A stretch of DNA of 64,000 nucleotides, from the NCBI GenBank assembly GCA_963720825.1, contig CAVRGY010000006.1, positions 61,827-125,826 of the forward strand. Reading direction: 5' to 3'. The stretch comes from an uncultured Chloroflexia bacterium. GTDB lineage: Bacteria > Chloroflexota > Limnocylindria > Limnocylindrales > CSP1-4. The position numbers and the translations under genes are program-made. Under the pieces are notes generated by a model that did not search any database, was not told where the DNA came from, and saw only the letters and a program-made list of their open reading frames with translations. This document shows positions 1 to 7,983 of the stretch, one piece after another. Each line of letters opens with the position of its first letter. Within the stretch, counting starts at the first letter, position 1.

Positions 1-42
1 GCGCGCGCTGGACCAGCGCGCCACGGGCGCCTGAGGGACGCC

Positions 43-1320
43 GTGGACATCGCGATCATCGGCTCCGGGGTGAGCGGGCTGACCGCCGCCTGGGCCCTGG
101 ACAAGGATCACCGGGTCACGCTGTTCGAGCAGGATCCGTCGCCGGGCGGCCATGTGGCCACCGTCACCGTCGATGCGCCCGGCGGCCCGGTCGCGGTCGA
201 CACCGGGTTCATCGTCTACAACGAGCGCACCTATCCCCGGTTCGTGGGGCTGCTCGCACAGCTGGGCGTCGAGACCCAGCCCAGCGACATGTCGTTCGGG
301 TCCGCGTGCAGTGCGTGCGGCATCGCGTTCAGCTCGCGTGGCGCCCGAGGCTTCTTCCCGGATCCCGGCACGGCCGTCCGACCGTCGCAGTGGCGGATGC
401 TGGCGGACATCAGCCGGTTCTACCGCCACGCGCGCGAGACGCTGGACGCGCCGGCGCCGACCAGGGCGACGCTCGGTGAATGGCTCGACACGCACCGCTA
501 CGGACGGGGGTTCCGCGAGCATTTCCTGGTCCCGATCACCTCGGCCGTGTGGTCGACGGCGGCAGACCGCGTGCTCGAGTTCCCGGTCGACTACCTGCTC
601 CACTTCCTCGACAACCACGGCCTGATCGGCTTCGGCAACGCGCCCCAGTGGCGGGTCGTGCGCGGCGGATCGCGACGCTACGTGGAGCGCCTCATCGCGT
701 CGCTGCGGCCCGGCGCCGTGCGCGCCGGCAGCCCGGTGGTCGAGGTCGTCCGCGACCGGCTCGGCGCCACGGTCCGGACGGCGGACGGCACCGTCGAGCG
801 CTTCGACGGGGTGGTGATGGCGACCCATGCCGATGATGCCCTGCGGCTGCTGCGCGACGCCGACGATCGCGAGCGCCGGGTCCTGGGCAGCTTCGAGTAC
901 TCGGGCAACCAGGTCGTGCTCCACACCGATACCGGGATCATGCCGGCAAACCGGCGGGCGTGGGCATCGTGGAACGTCCGGACGCCCGACTGCCGGATGC
1001 CCGGCGACGCGCTCACCATGACCTACGACATGAGCCGGCTGCAATCGCTCGGTGGGCCGGACCGGTACCTCGTGTCGCTCAACCCGGGCGACGCCATCGC
1101 GCCGGATCGGGTCATCCTGGAGCGGACGATGCACCATCCGATGTATACGTTCCGGACGCTGGCCGCCCAGGATGGCGTGCGGGCGCTCCAGGGCCGGCGG
1201 CGGACGTGGTTCGCGGGCGCGCACCTCGGCTACGGGTTCCACGAGGATGGCTGCCGGTCGGGGTTCGAGGTCGCCGAGCTGATCGGCGCACCCGCGTCCG
1301 AGACGGAGGCGGCGGCATGA
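43..1320 (+). CDS. NAD(P)/FAD-dependent oxidoreductase (amine-oxidase / phytoene-desaturase fold; UfaD-like)
   Basis: 425-aa ORF. N-terminal dinucleotide-binding motif [15 protein letters not shown] start preceded by GAGGGA. Stop overlaps the next start (ATGA at 1317-1320). Confidence 0.85.
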   Translation: MDIAIIGSGVSGLTAAWALDKDHRVTLFEQDPSPGGHVATVTVDAPGGPVAVDTGFIVYNERTYPRFVGLLAQLGVETQPSDMSFGSACSACGIAFSSRGARGFFPDPGTAVRPSQWRMLADISRFYRHARETLDAPAPTRATLGEWLDTHRYGRGFREHFLVPITSAVWSTAADRVLEFPVDYLLHFLDNHGLIGFGNAPQWRVVRGGSRRYVERLIASLRPGAVRAGSPVVEVVRDRLGATVRTADGTVERFDGVVMATHADDALRLLRDADDRERRVLGSFEYSGNQVVLHTDTGIMPANRRAWASWNVRTPDCRMPGDALTMTYDMSRLQSLGGPDRYLVSLNPGDAIAPDRVILERTMHHPMYTFRTLAAQDGVRALQGRRRTWFAGAHLGYGFHEDGCRSGFEVAELIGAPASETEAAA

Positions 1321-2087
1321 GGTCCCACCTGCTCGAGGGCAAGGTCGGCCACCGCCGAGCGCGGCCGTTCACGTACGCGCTCGAGCACGACGTCTGGTAT
1401 GCGGCGCTCGACCTCGACGAGATCGACGAGATCGACGCCCGGCTGCGGCTGTTCGGCCGCAACCGCCGCAGCGTCGTCGCGTTCCGCGACACCGACCACC
1501 TGGCCGGCCCGGTTGGCGATGTCGCGGCCGGCATCCGGGACCACCTGCGGACGGAGGGCGAGGATCCGGAGGGCTGGCGGGTGACGCTGGTCACCAACCT
1601 TCGGGTGCTGGGCTACGTGTTCAACCCCGCCAGCTTCTTCCTGTGCCGCGACGGATCGGGCACACTGCGGGTCGTGGTGGTCGAGGTCCACAACACCTTC
1701 GGCGAGCGGCACCTGTACACGCTGCGGCCGGGCGCGCAGGGCGATGGGCGTGTCGGGGCGTTTTCGGCCGCGATGGACAAGGCCTTCTTCGTGTCGCCGT
1801 TCATCAGCATCGACGGCCGCTACGCCGTCCACGTCCGCGACGAGCCCGCCGGGCTGCGGCTCGCGATCAACCTCCGGCAGGACGACCAGCCGATGCTGAG
1901 CACGAGCCTCGTCCTCCGGCGCCGGAGGCTGTCGGACCGGTCGCTGCTGCGACTCCTGTTGCGCCACCCGCTGGTGACCCAGAAGACGATCGGGCTGATC
2001 CACTGGCACGCCATCCGCCTGTGGCTCAAGGGTGCGCCGTTCTTCCGGCACGGCGCCCTCGCCCCGACGCCCGGAGCGGCCCGGTGA
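1317..2087 (+). CDS. DUF1365 family protein (UfaO-like)
   Basis: Internal ATG (residue 120 of ORF 960..2087) gives [28 protein letters not shown], a typical DUF1365 N-terminus. The upstream part of the ORF is Arg/Pro-rich overlap with the previous gene. Sits between the FAD oxidoreductase and the CFA-synthase-like gene. Confidence 0.8.
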   Translation: MRSHLLEGKVGHRRARPFTYALEHDVWYAALDLDEIDEIDARLRLFGRNRRSVVAFRDTDHLAGPVGDVAAGIRDHLRTEGEDPEGWRVTLVTNLRVLGYVFNPASFFLCRDGSGTLRVVVVEVHNTFGERHLYTLRPGAQGDGRVGAFSAAMDKAFFVSPFISIDGRYAVHVRDEPAGLRLAINLRQDDQPMLSTSLVLRRRRLSDRSLLRLLLRHPLVTQKTIGLIHWHAIRLWLKGAPFFRHGALAPTPGAAR

Positions 2088-3325
2088 GCGGCGAGCTGGC
2101 GATCGGGCGAGGCACGGTCCTGCCGGGCCGGATCGTCGAGCGGGCGGCCCGCCGGGTGATGCTGGGCGCGGCGCGGCGCATCCGCGTCGGGCGCCTCGCG
2201 GTTGTGCTGCCCGACGGTTCCCGGCGCGTCTACGGCGACCCGTCGTCGGTGCACGCGGGCGAGCTCCGGGTGCACGACATTGCCGCAGCGGTCCGGATGC
2301 TGCTGGGTGGCGAGATCGGGGCGGGCGAAGCCTACATGGACGGCCTGTGGTCGAGCCCGGACCTGCCGGCGCTGCTCCGGGTCGCCGCGCTCAACCGGGA
2401 GGCGCTGGCGCTGCCACGGGGCTGGTGGCGGCTGCCCCTCCGGGCCCGGAAGACGCTCGCGCACCGCGTGCGACGGAACACCGTCAGGGGCAGCCGCCGC
2501 AACATCGAGGCCCACTACGACCTCGGCAACGACCTCTACCGGCTGTTCCTCGACGAGACGATGACCTACTCCAGCGCCGTGTTCGCGTCGCCGGACCAGA
2601 CGCTTGCCGATGCCCAGCGCAACAAGTACGCATTGATCGCCGCCCGGGCCGGGCTCAGCGGCGGCGAGCACGTGCTCGAGATCGGCAGCGGCTGGGGCGG
2701 GTTCGCCCTGTACGCGGCGGGCGAGCTCGGCTGCCGGGTGACCACGATCACGGTCTCGCCGGCGCAGCACGCGCTGGCCACCGAGCGGGTCGCCGCCGCG
2801 GGCCTCGCCGACAAGGTCAGCGTCGAGCTCCGCGACTACCGCGAGATCGACGGGACGTACGACGCCGTCGTGTCGATCGAGATGCTGGAGGCGGTCGGCG
2901 CCGAGTACTACACCGCGTTCTTCGCGGCGTGCGACCGGGCGCTGCGGCCCGGCGGGAAGGTCAGCCTCCAGGTCATCACGCTGCCCGACGTCGCCTACGA
3001 GCCGCAGCGGCGGGGCGTCAACTGGATCCAGACCTACATCTTCCCGGGCGGTCTCCTCCCCTCGCTGGCGGCAATCGAGCGATCGCTGCACGGAACCAAC
3101 CTGGTGGTCCGCGAGGTCGACGACGTCGCCGCCTCGTACGTGCGGACGCTCCGGTCGTGGCGAGCCGCCTTCTTCGCCCACCTTGACGAGGTCCGCGCCC
3201 TCGGGTTCGACGACCGGTTCATCCGGATGTGGGACTTCTACCTGTCGATCAGCGAGGCGGGGTTCGCAACCGGCCTGACCCAGGATCTGCAGATCGTGCT
3301 CGAGAAGGGTCGCGGGCTCGCCTGA
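2084..3325 (+). CDS. cfa: cyclopropane-fatty-acyl-phospholipid synthase family SAM-dependent methyltransferase
   Basis: GTG at residue 148 of ORF 1643..3325 overlaps the upstream stop (GTGA). Motifs AHYDLGNDLYRLFLDETMTYSSAVF, VLEIGSGWGGFALYAA, IEMLEAVG, YIFPGGLLPS and FIRMWDFYL align along E. coli Cfa. Confidence 0.88.
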   Translation: MSGELAIGRGTVLPGRIVERAARRVMLGAARRIRVGRLAVVLPDGSRRVYGDPSSVHAGELRVHDIAAAVRMLLGGEIGAGEAYMDGLWSSPDLPALLRVAALNREALALPRGWWRLPLRARKTLAHRVRRNTVRGSRRNIEAHYDLGNDLYRLFLDETMTYSSAVFASPDQTLADAQRNKYALIAARAGLSGGEHVLEIGSGWGGFALYAAGELGCRVTTITVSPAQHALATERVAAAGLADKVSVELRDYREIDGTYDAVVSIEMLEAVGAEYYTAFFAACDRALRPGGKVSLQVITLPDVAYEPQRRGVNWIQTYIFPGGLLPSLAAIERSLHGTNLVVREVDDVAASYVRTLRSWRAAFFAHLDEVRALGFDDRFIRMWDFYLSISEAGFATGLTQDLQIVLEKGRGLA

Positions 3326-3625
3326 CCGGCGCCCCGGCGCGTTTCCCGGGCCTGACCTGGCGCCCTTCCCCGCCTGACTCATCGGGTGCATCACGGTCGA
3401 GGTCGGGCTGGCCGCTCTCGGCCACATCGCTCGTTCCGGGCCGCGAACCTGTGTCCGGGGCCGCCATTTGACGCGCCGCGTGAGTCGGGAGCGTGAGCCC
3501 TGGCGAGGACCGCTCGATACGCGCAGGGCCGGTAGCCCACGCCCGGAACCCCGCCATATCGAACGATCCATGCCATCCGGTGGATGCGGGAGAACGGCGC
3601 GCCGAGACCCGGATCCTGGGGCACA

Positions 3626-3654
3626 TTGAGCGATCGACGTGTCACCGGTAGGGT
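3626..3654 (+). promoter_or_regulatory. candidate sigma-70-type promoter (TTGAGC-N17-TAGGGT)
   Basis: Hexamers at 3626-3631 and 3649-3654 with a 17-nt spacer, about 45 nt upstream of the GTG at 3699. Sequence pattern only. Confidence 0.3.
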
Positions 3655-3698
3655 GCAGGCACCGGGCGAGGGTTCCGGTCTGCTCGAGGTGTCGCACG

Positions 3699-4733
3699 GT
3701 GGATCCGAACGTCGTCCTCCCACTCCTGTCGTCCACGCTGAGCTTCGTGTTCGCGCTGTTCCTGCTCGACCAGTGGCTCGAGCGCCGCCGGTCGTACCAG
3801 CTGATCTGGGCCCTGGGCATGGCCTGGTACGGCATCTCGGCCGGGACGGAGTTCTTGGGCGGTGCGTTCGGCTGGAGCGAGCCCCTGTACCGCGCCTGGT
3901 ACCTGATCGGTGCCGTGTACGTGGCGGCCTGGCTTGGCCTGGGCACGATGTACCTCCTCGGCCGGACGCGGTTCGGCTACGGGGCCGCGTTCAGCGTGCT
4001 GCTGGCCGGGCTGTTCACGCTGCTGTCGCAAGCCAAGGCGGCCTACACCGACACCGGGATCCTGCCGGTCGCCGCGTTCGCGATCGCGATCATCGGCGCC
4101 GTCCTGATCTCGGTGGAGACCTTCCGCGGGACTGGCCGCTGGGCGTGGATCGCCGGCATCCTCGTTGCCGGTGGATCGCTCGCCGCGATCCCGATCGTGC
4201 TCACCGCGTCCATCCCCGCACCGGGGTATGCGCTCGATGCATCGGGCATCCCGGTCGGATCGCTGATGCCGGGCTCCGTCCGCCTGCTGACACCGCTGTT
4301 CAACGTCACGGGAGGCTTCGCGCTCGCGCTGGGCGCGCTGTACAGCACCTACGTGTTCATGCCCAAGCGGCGCGCGATGCGCTACGACCTGACCCGCGCT
4401 CGGGGCACGATGGCCTTCGTCCGGAACCTGCTGATCGCGCCGGTCGCGATCACCGTGAACCTGGTCGTCTCGATCCCGGGCGCCGTCCTGGCGCTCGTGC
4501 GTGGGCAGCTTCACAGCCGGGTGCCGGCCACGATCCTGCTCGCGATCGGCGGCTTCATCCCGTCGCTCACCAGCGGCCTGTCGCGGTTCGGCGTGACCCA
4601 GACGTTCTTCCTGGGCGAGCTGCTGGGCGTCGTGTTCCTGTTCGCCGGCTTCCTGGTCTCGATCGAGGTGTTCCGCGAGATCCGGATCCCGTTCACGCAC
4701 CGCGTGCTTCGCGTCCGACAGGAGAGCGTCTAG
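3699..4733 (+). CDS. uncharacterised polytopic (~10 TM) membrane protein, paralog A
   Basis: ORF 3639..4733. GTG at residue 21 is preferred because the ORF's first start lies inside the candidate promoter, and because VDPNVVLPLLSSTLSFVFALFLLDQW aligns with the N-terminus of paralog B (36973..38064). Hydrophobic segments run throughout. Confidence 0.7.
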   Translation: MDPNVVLPLLSSTLSFVFALFLLDQWLERRRSYQLIWALGMAWYGISAGTEFLGGAFGWSEPLYRAWYLIGAVYVAAWLGLGTMYLLGRTRFGYGAAFSVLLAGLFTLLSQAKAAYTDTGILPVAAFAIAIIGAVLISVETFRGTGRWAWIAGILVAGGSLAAIPIVLTASIPAPGYALDASGIPVGSLMPGSVRLLTPLFNVTGGFALALGALYSTYVFMPKRRAMRYDLTRARGTMAFVRNLLIAPVAITVNLVVSIPGAVLALVRGQLHSRVPATILLAIGGFIPSLTSGLSRFGVTQTFFLGELLGVVFLFAGFLVSIEVFREIRIPFTHRVLRVRQESV

Positions 4734-4762
4734 CGACCACCGGGCGGCCGGCGCCGCCGCGG

Positions 4763-4792
4763 TTGACCACGCTCCCGCCACCGGGCTACAGT
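4763..4792 (+). promoter_or_regulatory. candidate sigma-70-type promoter (TTGACC-N18-TACAGT)
   Basis: TTGACC at 4763-4768 and TACAGT at 4787-4792. Would give a ~190-nt leader before the ATG at 4989. Confidence 0.3.
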
Positions 4793-4988
4793 CCGCTTGC
4801 CCCCGGCAGCCTGCCCGCAGGTTCGGGGTGCCCACCGCCGCATCGAGGATTCCTCCCCCGTGGAGAACGGACCTGGTCGCGCCGGCGCCCGTGCCGGCAC
4901 CCCCCTGGTCCACCCCGCCGACTGACGGCACGGGCCGGCTGCGCTGCCGTGCCCCAGCCACCGACCGGCGGACGGACCCGCCCAGAAG

Positions 4989-6425
4989 GTGGCCACCATG
5001 CGCTTCCTCAGCCAGTGCATCGGTCTGCCGGTGCGCGATCCGAACGGCGAGCCGCTCGGCACCATCGCCGACCTGATCGTCGCGATCGGCGACCAGTACC
5101 CGCCGGTGACCGGTCTCGTCGTCCACACCGACCGGCGCCGGATCTTCCTGCCCTGGGCCAACGTCGAGACCTTCGACGAGACCGGCGCGCGGCTGCGCGT
5201 GCCGACGATCGACATCGGGATCTTCAGCCAGCACCAGGACGAGATCCTGCTCAAGGCGGATCTGCTGGACAAGCAGATCGTGGACATCGAGGGGCGCAAG
5301 GTGATCCGCGTAAACGACGTCCGGCTCGACCTGGTCGACGGCGAGCTGCACGTCGTGGCGGTCGACGTCGGGGCGGCCGGCCTGCTCCGGCGGCTGGGCA
5401 TGGAGGGGGCCTTCCGGACGCTCGCCAGAAACCTCAAGCTGGGCGTGCCCGAGCGCTACATCGACTGGGAGGACGTCGATCCACTGGAGAGCACGATCGC
5501 CAGCATCCGGCTGCGCGTCCCGCACGCAAAGCTCGCGGAGCTCCATCCGGCGGACCTCGCCGCGATCATCGACCAGCTGGCCCCGCGCGACCGGCTGGGC
5601 GTGCTCGCCTCGCTGGACGACGAGGCGCTGGCCGACGTGGTCGAGGAGATGGAGCCCGATACCCAGGTCGACGTCCTCGAGGACCTGACCCCGGAGCGGG
5701 CGGCCGACATCCTCGAGGAGATGAGCCCGGACGACGCGGCCGATCTCGTCGCCGACCTGTCCGACCGGAGCCGCGACGAGATCCTGGCCCTGATGGAGGC
5801 CGATGAGGCCGATGAGGTGCGCGACCTGCTCGCCTTCCCGGAGGATTCGGCCGGCGGCATGATGACGACCGAGTTCGTCGCGGTCAAGGCGACGCTGACG
5901 GCCGCGGACACGATCGAGCGCCTGCGCGAGCTCGAGCCCGATGCCGAGACCATCTACTACGTCTACGTCACCGATGACGATGACCGGCTGGTGGGGGTCC
6001 TGTCGCTGCGCGACCTGATCGTCGCCAGGCCGGACGCCCCGATCGCCGAGGTCATGATCGATGAGCCGGTGGCGACGGGTGCGCTCGAGCCCGCCGAGTC
6101 GGTCGCGGAGACGATCGCCCACTACAACCTGCTGGCCGTGCCCGTGGTGGACGACGAGGGCCGGCTGGTCGGGATCGTGACCGTGGACGACGCCTTCGAC
6201 ACCGTGGCACCGGCCGTGTGGCGTCACCGGCTGCCGCGCGTGTTCGCGCGAGCCGAGCGCGACGCCGAGTATGCCGCGGAGCGCGCCGGCGAGCCGATGG
6301 CCGCCGCGGGCGCGGCCGACAGGGCGCCCGTTGGTGGGCCCGATGGGGGGGCGCCCGATGGGGCGGCGCCCGATGGTGGGCCCGATGGGGCGGCGCCCGC
6401 TGGGCGAGAGGATCCGCGCGGATGA
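4989..6425 (+). CDS. soluble PRC-barrel + MgtE N-terminal domain + CBS-pair protein (MgtE cytosolic module without the transmembrane pore)
   Basis: Two PRC-barrel-like segments (GLPVRDPNGEPLGTIADLIV.. and IVDIEGRKVIRVNDVRLDL..). Then the acidic helical MgtE_N region (LHPADLAAIIDQL..VEEMEPDTQVDVLEDLTPERAADILEEMSPDDAADLVADL), then two CBS motifs (MMTTEFVAV.., VYVTDDDDRLVGVLSLRDL, LLAVPVVDDEGRLVGIVTVDD). No hydrophobic segment after the CBS pair. Confidence 0.85.
   Translation: MATMRFLSQCIGLPVRDPNGEPLGTIADLIVAIGDQYPPVTGLVVHTDRRRIFLPWANVETFDETGARLRVPTIDIGIFSQHQDEILLKADLLDKQIVDIEGRKVIRVNDVRLDLVDGELHVVAVDVGAAGLLRRLGMEGAFRTLARNLKLGVPERYIDWEDVDPLESTIASIRLRVPHAKLAELHPADLAAIIDQLAPRDRLGVLASLDDEALADVVEEMEPDTQVDVLEDLTPERAADILEEMSPDDAADLVADLSDRSRDEILALMEADEADEVRDLLAFPEDSAGGMMTTEFVAVKATLTAADTIERLRELEPDAETIYYVYVTDDDDRLVGVLSLRDLIVARPDAPIAEVMIDEPVATGALEPAESVAETIAHYNLLAVPVVDDEGRLVGIVTVDDAFDTVAPAVWRHRLPRVFARAERDAEYAAERAGEPMAAAGAADRAPVGGPDGGAPDGAAPDGGPDGAAPAGREDPRG
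6327..6404 (+). repeat. in-frame tandem ~15-nt repeat encoding (G/A)(G/A)PDG units at the 3' end of the MgtE_N/CBS gene
   Basis: Protein tail reads PVGGPDGGAPDGAAPDGGPDGAAPAG. The nucleotide unit g(c/g)gcccgatgg is reiterated about 5 times. Confidence 0.7.
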
Positions 6426-7771
6426 CCATCGGCCGCGGGCTGCGCGACGCCGTCATCGCGGAGCGGGGCCGCCTGGCCTCACGGCTGACGCACATGCCGG
6501 TGCCCCGGCTTCGAGGCCGCTTCCGGCGGCGCGGGCTGCTCGCGTTCCTGGCCGTGATGGGCCCGGGGATCATCGCCGGGGTGGCGGGCAACGACGCCGG
6601 CGGGCTCACGACGTACTCGGTCATGGGCGCCCAGACGGGCCTCCAGCTGTTGTGGCTGTTCCCGATCACGATCGTCATCCTCGCGATCGTCCAGGAGATG
6701 GTCGCGCGGCTTGGCGTGGTCACCGGGCAGGGCCTGTCCGACCTGATCCGGGAGCGGTTCGGCGTCCGCTGGACGGTGTTCGCGATGGCCGTCCTGCTGG
6801 TCGCGAACGTCGCCAACACGATCGCTAACATGGCCGGCGCCGGCGCGGCCCTCGACATCTTCGGCGTCCCGAAGCTGATCACCGTTCCGATCGTTGCGGT
6901 CGCGATCTGGAGCCTGGTCCTGTTCGCCAGCTACCGGATCGTGGAGCGCGTGTTCCTGGCCGTGATGCTGGTGTTCCTGGCGTACCCGATCGCGGCCGTG
7001 ATGGCGACCCCGGACTGGACCCCGGTCCTCCACTCGCTCGTGACACCGATGATGGACTTCAGCCCCGGCGTGCTGCTGCTGATGGTGGCCGTGGTCGGCA
7101 CGACGATCACGCCGTACATGCAGTTCTACCTCCAGTCCGCGGTTGCCGAGAAGGGCATCGGCGAGGAGGAGCTGCGACTGGAGCAGGCGGACGCGGTCCT
7201 GGGCTCCGTGTGGACCAATGCGATCGCCGCGTTCATCGTCGTCGCCACGGCCGCCGCGGTCGGCATCTCGGGCGGCGCCGTGATCTCGTCCGCGACCGAT
7301 GCGGCGCACGCCCTCGAGCCGGTCGCCGGCGCCTCGGCCGAGCTGCTGTTCGGGATCGGGCTGTTCGGCGCGTCCGTGCTGGCGGCCACGATCATGCCCA
7401 TCTCCACCGCGTTCGTGATCTGCGAGGCGTTCGGCTGGGAGAGCGGGGTCGGCAAGCGCTTCTCCGATGCACCGATCTTCTTCGGCATCTACACCTTCGT
7501 CCTGGCGCTCGGCGCTCTCGTCGTGCTGGCCGTCCCCGACGGGGCGCTGGTCCCGATCATCGTCGGCAGCCAGAACCTCCAGGGGCTGCTGCTGCCGGTG
7601 GTGCTGGTGTTCCTGGTGCTGCTGGTGAACGACCGGCGGCTCATGGGCTCGCACGCGAATGGCCGGGCCGGCAACGTCCTTGCCTGGGGTGCCGTGGCGC
7701 TGGTGGTGGTGCTCAATGCGCTGCTGCTCGGGGTCACGGCGCTGGGTGCCGTGGGCATCGCGATCGGCTGA
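6422..7771 (+). CDS. NRAMP/SLC11-family cation transporter with non-canonical metal-binding site (NRMT-like)
   Basis: ATG at residue 69 of ORF 6218..7771 overlaps the upstream stop (ATGA). TM1 reads MGPGIIAGVAGNDAGG where MntH has ..DPGN. TM6 reads VVGTTITPYMQFYLQS where MntH has GA.VMPHN.. About 11 hydrophobic segments. Confidence 0.85.
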   Translation: MTIGRGLRDAVIAERGRLASRLTHMPVPRLRGRFRRRGLLAFLAVMGPGIIAGVAGNDAGGLTTYSVMGAQTGLQLLWLFPITIVILAIVQEMVARLGVVTGQGLSDLIRERFGVRWTVFAMAVLLVANVANTIANMAGAGAALDIFGVPKLITVPIVAVAIWSLVLFASYRIVERVFLAVMLVFLAYPIAAVMATPDWTPVLHSLVTPMMDFSPGVLLLMVAVVGTTITPYMQFYLQSAVAEKGIGEEELRLEQADAVLGSVWTNAIAAFIVVATAAAVGISGGAVISSATDAAHALEPVAGASAELLFGIGLFGASVLAATIMPISTAFVICEAFGWESGVGKRFSDAPIFFGIYTFVLALGALVVLAVPDGALVPIIVGSQNLQGLLLPVVLVFLVLLVNDRRLMGSHANGRAGNVLAWGAVALVVVLNALLLGVTALGAVGIAIG

Positions 7772-7983
7772 CATAGCCACCGTCTGGACCTCCGCGGGAT
7801 GCGGCGACACGCCGATCGATGGTTGGCGACGACGGCTCGCGAACCGGCGATACCGCCGACCGCGGTACTTCCGGCCGCGAGGGCCCGGACCTCGGGCCAG
7901 CCGAGCGAAGCCCGCCCGTCCCGTAGGGTGCACAGAGGCACCGGTGCCGGTCGGGCTCGACTTCCACGAGCGGCCTGCGACCG

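Noticed and set aside
1-34. A possible 3' end of an upstream plus-strand gene (..[10 protein letters not shown], stop at 32-34).
   Set aside because: It is only 11 codons long, which is too short to support a call.
1820-3946. A 708-aa minus-strand ORF. There are similar very long ORFs at 3642..6227 (-), 6479..9202 (-), 12401..14338 (-), 40409..43468 (+), 49306..51819 (-) and 51804..54452 (+).
   Set aside because: Each lies antisense or out of frame to a gene with clear domain signatures. Their translations are dominated by Arg/Pro/Gly/Ala/Asp with no motifs, as expected of stop-poor shadow frames in very GC-rich DNA.
4793-4988. An M-box (Mg2+) or yybP-ykoY (Mn2+) riboswitch in the leader of the MgtE_N/CBS-NRAMP operon.
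   Set aside because: I could not find the conserved cores I remember for either class by eye. It is kept only as an unexplained long leader.
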